Shown here piece after piece: positions 24,206-36,195 of a stretch of 64,000 nt of DNA; the stretch's first letter is position 1, and each line of letters opens with the position of its first letter. Origin of the DNA: Sminthopsis crassicaudata (taxonomy: Eukaryota). The notes under the pieces were generated by a model. The model worked only from the letters and a program-made list of their open reading frames with translations. It did not search any database and was not told where the DNA came from. Made by a program: the position numbers and the translations under genes. The DNA lies in NCBI RefSeq assembly GCF_048593235.1, contig NC_133617.1, forward strand, positions 101,144,937-101,208,936. Reading direction: 5' to 3'.

Positions 24206-24957
24206 CAGTCAACTCTTAACTTTTGAGGGTATATCATTCCTAAAAAATAGTGCAAAATAAACTTGTGGAAAATAGGGAATTAGGTTCCCACCACCACCAA
24301 AAACTGTCATCTTTTGCTAGAGATTGCTGAAAAATATACTTATTTGTATATGTTTCTTTATAACAAAACATTAATTCTGATAATATTTACTTTTCCTAAC
24401 AAAGTAACTATGAAATAACCTATAAAATATAGGGAAGGGTTGCAGCTATATTGGACTGGACAGGGACAGGAAGGGGTAAGGACAGGGACATCCATGTCCC
24501 TCAGGGGCAGAAGGATCCCCAAATTAAAAAGGAAAGGGGCAACCTGCTATCTCTAATTTCCCTGTAGTCTCTGTGTTTAAACAATTCCTCAATGAAAAGT
24601 ACATGCTTCCCACTAGCAGAATGATTGTATGGCATCACTAGTGCCATCAAAGGAGCAGGGATGACCACCATCTTATTTACCCACAAATTTAACCCATTTC
24701 TGTTTTTTTTTTTCAATTTCCACATTATACACTTAAGCAATTTCTTTAGCATTTTCTGGAGCAAATTCTTAAACACCTCTATGAAAATTTTTCTCATTTT
24801 TAAGGAAATAGCATGGCTTCTACTGGTTTTTTTCCCCCTCTACTGTCCTTGTCATGAATGACATTGCCAATTCTAAAGTGAAAATGAGATTACTAATAAA
24901 ATCACCAAAATTCTTGAAGTTATAAAAGCAATGCAAACTAGTGTTGAGGAAAGACTA
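24206..24957. mobile_element. Possible TcMar/Tigger-like DNA transposon remnant
   Basis: TA|CAGTCAACTCTTAAC at the left and GTTGAGGAAAGACTA|TA at the right form weak TIRs (~11/17). The family is uncertain. Confidence 0.3.
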
Positions 24958-25609
24958 TATTTTGTAAATAGTTTGCATTTGCTTTTCTAGGAGGACATCA
25001 TTTTTTAGTAGATTATAAATTCTTGGAGGGTAAGAATTGTTTACTTTTTTTGTTGTTGTTATTTGTCTTTGTATTCCCAGTAGCTGACACAAATGCCTGG
25101 TACATAGTTGATAAAGAAATGTATGTTTAACTGAAATGAACTGAATCAGTGGAGAGAGCTATGTGAAAGAATTAGAAAGAATAAGAATACATTATTTTTT
25201 ATTTAAAAAACACTCATTGTGGAACATTTATAGGAAATTTTGGAGGTGATCCCAAATTAAAAATGAAATATTGTTTCTAACATGAATGAATAATGACATC
25301 TAATGTTTTTGTAGCCTTTGTATTTTCTAAAGCTCCTTCATATACATTGTCTTGTTTGATTTGTCCCAACAACCCTGTGATTAGGTAATTTAGGTACTAT
25401 TATCCCCATTTTACATGTGGGGCAACTGAGTCTCATAAAGGCAATATGACTAGCAAGATTATGAACGTACATGTTTCCGTATACAGATTTTTTTATTGCT
25501 TTGAAATTAATGATATGTAATGTGTCTGTAGAAAATGGCCCAAAAAATCATTCCAAAATCATTTTCATAGTTTGAAATGTTTAAGATATGGAGAGAATGA
25601 AATAAATAT

Positions 25610-25828
25610 TTGTTTTTCATCTATTATGTGCCAGGAACAAATATTATCCCATTTGAGATTTACAATAACCTTGGGAGTTAGGTTCTTATTATCTCCTATT
25701 TTATAGCTGAGGAAGCTAAGGCAGAGGTTAAGTAACCTACCTAGGTTCACACACACCAAGTGTGTAAGCCTGAATTTGAACTTATCTTTCTGATTCTAGC
25801 CCCAGCACTTTAGCCACTTTGCAACTGC
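25610..25828 (-). mobile_element. MIR (one of many MIR/CORE fragments; others ~4360-4510, 11230-11390, 19315-19500, 28550-28740, 37330-37500, 40180-40620, 43510-43690, 44090-44340, 52810-52950)
   Basis: Reverse-complement CORE motif CCTATTTTATAGCTGAGGAAGCTAAGGCAGAGGTTAAGTAAC...GAATTTGAACT. Confidence 0.75.
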
Positions 25829-28329
25829 TCTTCTCTCCTTTCATGTGGCTTCCTCCCCAGTTTAGTACATCACCTCTTTAAAGGACAAAGTTGCTTCTTG
25901 TTACAAATATTAAGTACTTACTGAATGTCAGGCTTTATGCTAAGTACTAGAGAGTGCAAATACTTGGAAGCAAGTAAATCCACCTATCCTCAAAACACTT
26001 ACATTCTATTATGGTAAGACTATACATAAAGAAGAATGAGGTGGGTTAGAGGATTGAGGATTTGTCTCAGACAAAAGGGAAAGCTCACCTGTCAGAATCC
26101 AGAAGTTTTTGGTAGCCAGGACAAGGAAAGAAGGACATAGAAGAAATGACATAATTTGGATCTATTGGCCAGAGAATGATGTGGAACTTGGTTTTAGACT
26201 AAATAAATTAAAAGCTCACTTATGAAAACCGAGGGTTTATGTTTTACTTGACCTCTCACTCACAAATCTCCATACCCACCATTCTGGTAGGCAACAATTT
26301 TTGCTGCTTTTTGTGAGGGAAGCTGGATTCTCTTATTTCTGTTTAAAACAAACAAACAAACAAAAACAACCCTTCTATAAGTCTTGATTGTGCCATGTTT
26401 TTAAAAAAAAAATCATAATAGCAGCAACAGCATGCATTTTATATTTTAAAGTTTAGAAATGCTTTTTTCACAACTATTTTGAGGGATTGCAAATATTTTT
26501 TGTTCTCACTTCACGATCCGGAAAACTGAATCTTAATTACAGGTAGTGATGGATTTGAGAGTCAAGTCCACATCCTTTAATTATCCCCAAAATATTCTTA
26601 CTATTTTATCATGCAACCTCATTTTTTACTTTTGGCAAATCATTTCACTTCCCTGGGATTCAGTTTTCCCATTTATAAAAAGGAGTTGGACGAAATATCT
26701 CTAAGGTTTCATCCACTCTTGAAGTTGGCTACTTTTATTTCTCTCTCAAAGTTTATGTTACCCCAGTCCCCATTTTACAGCTCACAACATTAGCCAGTCT
26801 GTGCTTTAAACCTACTTAGCTAAGAGCAGGAGCTGTTAGTATCTCTGGGGAATGGGTAGAGCGATTTCATAGAAATATAAATATACTCATTTAACTTTGA
26901 AAATATACACCACTCTAGGGCAGTCTGCAAGACTTCTGTAGCACTTCTAGGACAAGCCTGGATTTTGAAGATGTGAGGCTTATTCCTTCCACTTGTGCAC
27001 ATGACTGGATGCCAGCAACCCACAGCTGCTTCAGGTTATCCTCATTGACCCTATGGGACAAATGGGTGCTCCAGCACCATTGTCTAAAAAGCCTGTCCTT
27101 TTTAGGAGTAGCAGCAAGAATGGTAACAATTACCTTAGTGTGCTTTACATTCCTAGAATCTTTCATTGTGTCCTTACAACAACTCTGTGAGATAAGTGAC
27201 TTTAGAAAAGGAGAAGGATTTGGATACAGTTGCAGAGAAACCCATGGTTCCTAACACTGAAGCCTGGTATTTATTCCCATATAATATATGAAATATTTCT
27301 TTATAGTCTTGCCCAAGGTCACATAGGTGTCAATGGAACGAGTAGAACACAGGACTGACTGCAAGCCCAGTATACTAGTTATGGCACTACACTACATCTA
27401 TAGAATATAATTATCTCTTGATCACATCCAACATCCAATACTAGCATTGTCAGGTGGCATTTAGACCTCAAGGAATACAGCACTTCAAGGAGAGTTACTG
27501 TCAATATAGACAATTTCTCTATAATAATTCCTGTCTTGAACTGAAATTGCAACAATTAAATGTATCCCCTTTGGATGGCTCCTCAGGAGTTTGTAACAAT
27601 ATGGTCATGCATGTAAACTAGAACTTTGGAACTCTCAGTGGTGAGCTCAGTTCAATTCAATTAGTACTTTTGTGAGCACTTATTATGTATAGAGAATTAT
27701 GCCAGAGAACCAAAAAAGAAAAATAAAGCATTGGACCTGAAATTAGGAAGAACTGAATTCAAAGGCTCTGTACAACCTCTATCTTAATATATAATATTAT
27801 TATAATATATTATATATAATATATAATAAGGTCATGTAATTTCCTTAAGTTTCAGGCAACTATTTATACTCATAAATCATAGATAGATTGTAAAATGGCA
27901 TCTATCCTGATGAAATTATTTGTTCTGATATTCTGACAAATGTTCAACATTATATTGATAGTGTGTGTATGGGTGGAGGGAATGGTGCTAGTTTTTGGGG
28001 GGGAGTTGAAGGGAGGGGAGAAATAAATATCATAATCTTTATCTTCAAGACTCTTCAAATGACTAAATTAGAGCTGATTCATTTTTGAAGGTTACAGGCT
28101 CAGAAGGCAATTGTTTTAAACCTACTTAGCCAAGAGATGGGTCTATTTGATCTAATATAGTTAGGCTTTAAGAACACTCTGATGACTTAAAATTTGGTCT
28201 TCCCTTTGAGAAATGAATGCTTACTCATTTTGAAGATGACATCTACTTCTTCTGGGTGTCAGATTTCATAAGATCTCAGATTGTTTGAGCTAGAAGGGAA
28301 TCTTGAGTCATTGCATGGTCTATCTAGTT

Positions 28330-28538
28330 CAGAGGCTGCTTAGTCATAGATTTATGGACCATACTTTTAGGGGGTCTATGAACTTGGATGGGCAAAAAGT
28401 TAACATCTTTTTTTTTTTTTTGTACCAACCTCTAGAAAAAATGTAAAATTTTCTTAATGAGAATTTTCTTATTTTGAGAAGAGGCCTATAGGCTTACCCA
28501 GAAGACTAATGGGTTCCTTATACATAAGTTAACACCTG
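28330..28538. mobile_element. hAT-Charlie-type MITE
   Basis: Ends are CAGAGGCTGCTTA / TTAACACCTG. The 8-bp flanks ATCTAGTT / ATCTACTG resemble an NTCTAGAN-type TSD. Confidence 0.65.
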
Positions 28539-29014
28539 ATCTACTGGAGAAGGCCCTCAATTTGGCATAAAAAGACCTGAGTTTGACTTCTCACTTTACA
28601 CTTATTTGTTGTGATTGTGAGAAGTTGACTTCAGTTCCCTTAGCCTTACTCAGCATCTTCATTTGTAAAAATATACTGCCTATGTCACAGAAAAGCTCTG
28701 GGCAACCAGTAAAGCATTGTAAATGCAAGGTATTATTGAGGCTAAGGATTAGACCTATAATTTTATAGGCTATATGGAATTCCTAGGTGAGAAAACTCCC
28801 CCTACTGATGCAGGTGGGCACCTCCCTAGAAAAGGCCCTCACTACTACCTGCCTGATATACTGCTAAAACTTCTTAACTGGCCTTCCTATTTCTACTCTT
28901 TCCATGGGGCTCAGCCCAGTGTTCTACACACAGTTGACATTAATTGAATGTTTATTTAATTGAACATGTAGAGATGTTGGCAGAAGAGAATGTTTTAGAT
29001 ATAAGAAATATAAG

Positions 29015-29770
29015 AAAAACAACAAGCATTTATTATTTACCTGCTGTGTGCCAGGCGTTTTGTTATATACCGGGAATACTCTTCCCTCCTCCGCACCCCC
29101 CCCAAAAAAAACGCACCCTAAGGAATTCTAACAGAAAGGTTGCAATATGTGTACAGATATTATTGTATAAAATAGAACCGAGATCTTCAAATTATTCTAG
29201 GAAAATTTGAAAAAGGAGAGAAGACTTTTTTTTTTTTTTTTCTGGGAGAATCAGGGAAGGAGGCGATAGTATTTAAATAGAGCCTTGAAGGAAGAAAAGG
29301 GATACTACAAGATAGAAATGGGCAGAGAGTACATTCCTGGCTGGGAGGGAACAGATAGCCTGTTTGGGAAAAAACACAGAGAGACAAGAGGCAGTATTTC
29401 AAGTTTGGAAACTACTGGTTGTACAGGTTTGCATGGAGTTTGTCAAGGTAATAAATGTGACTTAAGGCTGCAAAAAATAGTCTGAAACCAGATTGTGGAA
29501 AGACTTAAATGCCAGGTTAAGGAATTTGTATTTTACCCTCCAGTCAGTAGTTTTCATCACAGGTTAAGGGGCAAGAGAATAGCATGATTAGATCTCTGCC
29601 TCTGGAAAATGGGGGGAAGGGAGCAGCTTTGTGAAGGACAAAGTAGAAGGAGAAGATATTGAAGATATGAGGATTACTTTAGGAGACTATATAAGGAAGC
29701 TAGGCTAGGTGAGGAATGAAGAAGTCCTGGATCGAGATGGTGATTTGGTGAATGGAGAGGAGGTGAAAGG
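29015..29770 (-). mobile_element. L2 remnant
   Basis: AACAAGCATTTATT...CTGTGTGCCAGGC (reverse-complement L2 3' end), followed by the GA-rich antisense L2 body. Confidence 0.7.
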
Positions 29771-30989
29771 GAGATACCCTTGATAATTCCTATTCTAGAC
29801 ACAAAGCATGGCAATGTACACCATGCAAAAGCTCAGTAACTGTTAGCTGAAGTGGTTCTGATTTACATATATTGTGGGGATCCTGTATTAGAATGCAAAC
29901 TCCTTGAATGTATGTACTGTTTTTTTTCCTTTGCATACCAAGCCTTTAGCACAGTGGCTGGCATATAGCAAGTGCATAATAAATGCTTTACATTCATTTG
30001 ATTGATTGAATAGCAGAAACCGAGCAGCCTTCTTCTCAGATGTATTCACTATGCATAAGACCATACTGACCTAACCATCAAACCCTTTTCCCTCTAGTGG
30101 ATGAGAGAATACCTTTCCTAAAATCAAGAGAGAGGTAATGGAATCATCATAGTGCTAGCTGTCAGTCCCAATTGTATTTCCCCGAACTCAATTGATGTCA
30201 CCCTTTGGCTTTCCTGGAGGGCAGCAAGGCAGGAATTAGACTTGCTCACGTATAGGAAATGTGTTCCACAAGCTGGACACAGCAGCACTGACCTGGCAGC
30301 TTCCATCTGCATATGTAGCATTGTTCTAAAGGCCTAGGGAAAGAGCTTAGCATCTTGAAAAATGGTGTTATTAAAAAAGCCAATATTCTAAGCTATGATG
30401 CATGCAAATACAATTGTTTTACCCTTCCAAAAATAGCGGAAGCCTATTATAACTCATGTTATTACATGGATTCAGACATGTCACTGTAAAATCATGCTTC
30501 TCTTTCCATCAAGGGCTCTATCATCTTCCCAATCATCCAGGCTTGCAAACTTAGATTTATCTTTGACTTCTCCCTCCCTACACTCCTCTTACCTTATCAA
30601 TCATTCAGCCTTATGGGTTATATCATCTTCATTTCTCCCATATCTTGCCTTTAGTTTCCATTCCTATTGCCACCTTCCTAATTTTGGCTGCCCCCTGTTT
30701 CTCATGCTGCAACTTGCATGATACTCTTTGAATTGGTCTTTCTCCCCCCAAGTTCATTTGGCTCCAGCTGTCCTATTTACCACTGTTGGATTAAACTTCC
30801 TGAAATAACACTTGCATCATATTACCTTCTTGCTCATAAACCATTAAACTAATAAACCATTACTACCTCATTGCTACTATTTCATAATTTATATATCCTC
30901 TTATCTTTGCCTATGTACAAATTCCTTACCATGATATTGAAAACATAGCATAGTGTTGTAGAAAGGTCAGCAAGGAATTGGAAAACTTC

Positions 30990-31460
30990 TGAAGATCATC
31001 AGCAGGATAAGATACCAGACACTGAGGTTCTTTCTGGAACTAACCAGTCAAGCATTCCAACTTTGCTGCAGAGAGCACCATTCCATTGTTTGAATGCCAA
31101 ATGTATTCTTGCCAAAAAAATTTATTTTATGGAGAACTCATTCATACAGGACAGGTGCTCACAAGGTAGTTAGAAGCAATACAAGGATATTGTATATTAT
31201 GGGAGACACTGGCACAGGACCGCCCATCATGATGTACCATCATCACAAAAGATGTTGTACTCTTTGAACAAAACAGAATTGAATTAGCCAAAAGGAAACG
31301 CAAGATGTCCAAAACTACCTGAGGTGTTCACATGGACTATTTGTGTTCATCCTGTGGCATTCTGAGTTCATATTGGTCTGGTCAGCCCACAGTTGGACTT
31401 TTTGTAACTCAACACTTAACATAGTGATGTTTTGGTCCTTTTCAAAAACAAAGGACAATT
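30990..31460 (+). mobile_element. RTE-clade LINE 3' end (marsupial RTE)
   Basis: Degenerate translation QDKIPDTEVLS.TN..SIPTLLQRA...LFYGEL...WETLAQDRP...HMDYLC.SCG, with 3' end GATGTTTTGGTCCTTTTCAAAAACAAAGGACAA. Confidence 0.85.
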
Positions 31461-31742
31461 GTCTATTCCTAGAGCAAGTTCAATGACTTGGCCACTGACC
31501 AGTCATAATAACTGTGGGCCAGGCATTGAACTCCAGTATTTTTCAGGTTCATCTGTAAAATAATTATATCTTTGATTCAAGGGCTGTTAAAATGTAAGCG
31601 AATGTACTTAAAAACCTGTAAAGGACCATAATAGCATATTATTTTATTATCATAAATATTATTATTAAATTCTTCCCCCTCCAAATTAGTAATTTGGCCT
31701 TTATCTACCTTTTTATCTACAAATAATTAGACCTATAAAATG

Positions 31743-31930
31743 CAGCTTCTTAAATTGTGGGTTGCAATCCCACATGGGGTCTTACAACTGAATGTGAGGA
31801 TCGCAAAATTATGATTTATTATCAGTAAATATTTGATTTGTATACCTGCTTTATATATGTATATACCCAGGATGATGTAAACATTTCTTGGGCAAAAAGA
31901 GGTCATAAATGGAGAAAAGTTTTAAAAAGC
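31743..31930. mobile_element. hAT-type MITE
   Basis: Starts CAGCTTCTTAAATTGTGG. The internal TTATCAGTAAATATTTGATTTGTATAC is shared with 34663-35010. Confidence 0.65.
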
Positions 31931-32109
31931 TTTTTATACCCAAAAGTGGTATGCTCCCTTTTCTAATAACAATCATAAGATTTTCTCACTTTTATGCTCT
32001 TTCGCTTCCCATGTCCTTTATCTATGATGCCCTTAGTGCATGATGTAAAAACCATGCTAATCTTTTAATACCAACTTTAAACCCTTTTTTCATCTTAAAT
32101 CTTCCTTAT

Positions 32110-32340
32110 CTAGTCAATGTGATACAGTGCATGAAGTTCCAGGCTTGAAGAGAGGAAGACTCATCTTTCTGAATTCAAATCCAATCTCAGACACTTACTA
32201 GCTGTGTGATCCTGAACAAGTCAATTAACCCTGTTTGCTTCAGTTTCCTCATCTGCAAAATGGGCTGGAAAAGGAAATGGCAAATCACTCTTTTATCTTG
32301 CCAAGAAAACCCCAAATAGGGTCATGATTGGACAACAACC
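32110..32340 (+). mobile_element. MAR1-type SINE (CORE + RTE-derived tail); further copies at ~36775-37010(+), 47835-48062(-), 51150-51382(-)
   Basis: CORE, then CTGGAAAAGGAAATGGCAAATCACTC...TCTTGCCAAGAAAACCCCAAATAGGGTCA. Confidence 0.85.
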
Positions 32341-32765
32341 ACTCAATAAATATTTATTAAAAGACATAACTGTGTGCTGGGCATTGGGGACACAGACAAA
32401 AACTAAATGTCTCTTGCCTTCAAGTACCTTAAATTCTATTAGGAGGGGAGAATAACATGTATGTAGATAAGAAAATGCAAAATACCACAAAAAGTACTTT
32501 TCGAAGGTGGGCTTCTAACAATTGGGAAAATCAAGAAAGACTTTTGATAGGAGATAGCACTTGAAGTGTGTCTTGAGAAGAGCTGAAGCTTTTAAGTGAG
32601 GGGACATGTGCATTACAGGCCAGGGAGTGGAAATGTGCTATTGTGTATAGAGAACAGCAGATAGGACTGGCACAGCTGCAAAGAAGAGTACATGAGAAGA
32701 AATAATGGGACTGCAGTCTGAAGACATAGTCTGATTTTGAAAGGCTTTAAATGCCAAATAGAAGA

Positions 32766-32814
<49 letters not shown>

Positions 32815-33900
32815 TTTTTTTCCTTAGAGTCAATAAAGAGCCACTGATGCTTTTTGAGCTGGGGAATAATGTGTTCAGACTTGTGCTTTAATAATGTCAA
32901 TTTGGCACTAAGTGGAAGCTGAATTGGTGAAAGAAGGAAAAGGTTGTATTTAAAGAGTATGATAAGGAGGGCATGGTTAATAGTCTAGGTAAAAGGTAAT
33001 AAGGATCTGTATTAAGTGAGTGGGTGAAACAGAGAAATGTTGAGATAGAAATTAGTGATTTAGTGGATATGCAAGATAAGTGAGAAATATGTGGGATAGG
33101 GCTTATATACAGATGTATAAACAATATGAGATATAGTAATATAATATAGGAATTGAGGTGATCTAAAGGATTTGGGGGGAAGTGGAAAAGAGAGAAAAGA
33201 ATCTACTTTGAGAAGAATTGAAGGTGACTTCTACATTACAAATATGAGGGGCTATAAGAATAATGGTCTCCTTGCCACTATTGGAATTTAGAAGAGGTAA
33301 GTTAAAGTGAGTTAATGAGTACTGTTTTAGACACATTAAGTTTGAAATGCCTATGGGGAATCCAGGGTGTCAGATCTGTCTAGGTGGGGTGATATATCTG
33401 AATGGAGTAAATAAAATAAAAGAGGGAAGATCTGAAAGGTCCATAAAGAACAAAAAACATACTTAAATCTATTTACTAGCCCAGTGTATTCCATAGAGCA
33501 TGAGAGAAAGTACTTCTAAGCTTGGAAACAAGTAGAATAGACAGTAAGGTTTCTTTGGATTGTGATGAGATAGAAGGTATGTGAGAGGAAAATGTTTTAT
33601 AGGAAAGGCTGTTTGTTAACAATAGAATGGGGTTACATAGGTCACAATGGAAGGGAAGATAGTAAGAAGAGTAGGATAGGAACTTGGAAGGAAATAGGAT
33701 GATATGGATAAGTGTGAGAGAATACCTTAAACTTCAGAGATTTTAAGTGGAGGAGATTTTCTGTCAGTTGGACAGTAGATTGTCATGATGTTCTTCTGAA
33801 TATTGGTGGTAACTAAGCATTAGACAACAACTCCCATTTGATATGAATATCATTTCCTGAGCAAGAGGCAGAAAAGGTAAGGGAATGTTGCCAAGAGAGC
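32340..33900 (-). mobile_element. L2 remnant(s) with (TA)n-polyT insertion at 32768-32821
   Basis: Antisense L2 3' end and body motifs; the boundaries are approximate. Confidence 0.65.
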
Positions 33901-34127
33901 AACTGAACAGATGACAAGAGGCCTGTATTGTTTGGGCAAGAGGCCTAGACTTGGTCCTGGCCTGATGGCCAGATGACTGAGTTAAAAGAGGCCTATTTCT
34001 AGGCCTCTGATGGTTCTTTGAGGGCTGAGTTGTGGTTGATTTCCTTGCCCTCCAAACATTTGTGAGGTCCCCAATACCAAATTGTTTTTCTCTTTCAGTG
34101 GGAGCTGGCTCTGGTCCTGGTTGAGGG

Positions 34128-34258
34128 NNNNNNNNNNNNNNNNNNNNNNNNNNNNNNNNNNNNNNNNNNNNNNNNNNNNNNNNNNNNNNNNNNNNNNNNN
34201 NNNNNNNNNNNNNNNNNNNNNNNNNNNNNNNNNNNNNNNNNNNNNNNNNNNNNNNNNN
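34128..34258. other. Assembly gap (131 N)
   Basis: Run of N. Confidence 1.
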
Positions 34259-34662
34259 AGATTATTGGTAGGGGCAGGGGCTTAAGGGCTAATGATATAA
34301 TTATAATATTGACAGTTATCAATAGGATGATTATATTACCTCTTTCTTGATGTTTAGAAAGGCAAACCACAGCTCTTTTCTCATCTACTTGATAGCTAAC
34401 AAAAGACCTGTTATCTATGTCCTGATCTTGGTCTGGACATGACCTATACCAGAAATCATTTCTCCTTCCTCTGAAATTGAGTAATCTTATAATTGTCTAT
34501 AGTACCAAGGATCTACTCAAAATCATCACAGTGAACTGAATCAAATGAAAATTTAATTGGGAAATGTTTAACAAAATAAATAAAAAGATAATATGGCATA
34601 ATGTTAATTTGTTTTCTCAATCAGTATTTAGCTCACTGAGATGTTTCTTTTGGAGGTTAATA

Positions 34663-35010
34663 CCAGGGGTCTACACCAAAGCTTTTAAAACTGGATAGAG
34701 TCATGTAATTAAAAGTGGGGGATCATGAAAAATTTGGCAACCATAAAAAAGTATCAAATATTCCTCAAGATTTAATTCTTCATGTAAAAATAAACTAGCA
34801 ATCCATCTTATTAGTACGCAAATTTGCTTTCATCTTTAATAAGTGGTAACATATGTATGCCAAAGACCTATTTTAGAATAAATTTCTTTATGATATATTA
34901 TCAGTAAATATTTGATTTGTATACTTGTTTTATATGTCTTTATACACAGGGTCACATAAAAATTTCTTGGGTGAAAAGGGGTTGCAAGTTCAAAGAGTTT
35001 AAGAAGTCTT
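34663..35010. mobile_element. hAT-type non-autonomous element (longer relative of 31743-31930)
   Basis: Shared internal and right-end sequence ending ...GAGTTTAAGAAGTC. Confidence 0.6.
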
Positions 35011-36023
35011 CATATATTGCCTTTGATTAGAGTTATGTTTTCAAATGGGTATGTCTTACCTTTCTAACTGGCTTCTAAGCTCCATGAAGGCATAGATTGT
35101 CTTATCTTTCTGTATCTATCACAGTGCCTTTTTCAGGCTTTGCATGCTGTCATCTTATTTTTCTCCATAAATATGCCCCTCTTTGGGACATCAGTATTTC
35201 AATTACTGTTAGTAGTATTTATTCCTTTAAACCCGTTTTCCATATTTGCAACTTTTGTTCAGTCTTTAATTTTTTTCATCTCTCATACCTGATCATTCGT
35301 TAATTCTGTTCTATCCATCCTTCCTCAACATCACTTACATATTGCCATTATTCTGTATTTCTACTGATGCCAGCCCAGTACTACCTCTTTGAATTATTTC
35401 AAAAATCACCCAAAAGGTCTTCTTGTCATCACTCCACCCTCTTTCCCCAATCTATCTCCCCATTCCTAGATAGGATCTGTACTTTAACCCCCATTTCTTT
35501 GCTCATACTGCTTCCTATGTGGGAATTTATCCCATTGGTTAAAGCTCAGCTCAAGTATTAACTCCAGTTTTTCCTGATGTTCTGGGTCAATAATGGTCTT
35601 TCCATTGTACTTTGCACATATTTAATGCACTTATATAATGTTGCTTATTAAAATAATTGAAGTTTGGATCTTATCCCTCTTTGAGACCATAAGCTTTGTA
35701 AAGTCAGAAACCTTATACGTAAATTTTTTATGGCTCCCAAACATTTTTAGTTCAGTACTCTGTACCCAGTATTTAATACTGTATTTTTTTTAAAAAATGA
35801 ATTGTATTTTCTCTGAATTCCTAAAGTCAGCAAGACAATCAACATATCATCATGGGAAGAATCAGAAGATCCTAATGACCTCAGCTTGTGTGTCATAAAA
35901 GAAACTCATTGATTCTTTGCTGATATACCTTTAAAATCTTCAATCCTTTCTACCTCTCTCTTCCTCCATGTTATCAACCTTCCCCATCCTACTAGTGTCA
36001 TAAAGATGAAAGCCCTTTGATAT

Positions 36024-36195
36024 TTTTTTTCTTTTTTTTCTTTCTTTTTTTTTTTTTTTTTCCTGAGGCTGGGGTTAAATGACTTGCCCATGGTCACACA
36101 GCTAGGAAGTGTTAAGGGTCCAAGACCAGATTTGAACTCAGGTGCTCCTGAATTCAGGGCTGGTGCTCTAACCACTGCGCCACGTAGCTGTCCCC
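36024..36195 (-). mobile_element. WSINE1-type SINE, young
   Basis: Full body and long polyA. Perfect 15-bp TSD AAAGCCCTTTGATAT at 36009-36023 and 36196-36210. Confidence 0.95.

Noticed and set aside
24501-24797. 98-aa ORF MRKIFIEVF... as a transposase or gene fragment
   Set aside because: No recognisable domain, and the Lys-rich part derives from a poly-T run.
27788-27830. AT-only self-complementary stretch
   Set aside because: Low-complexity AT sequence; palindromicity is trivial.
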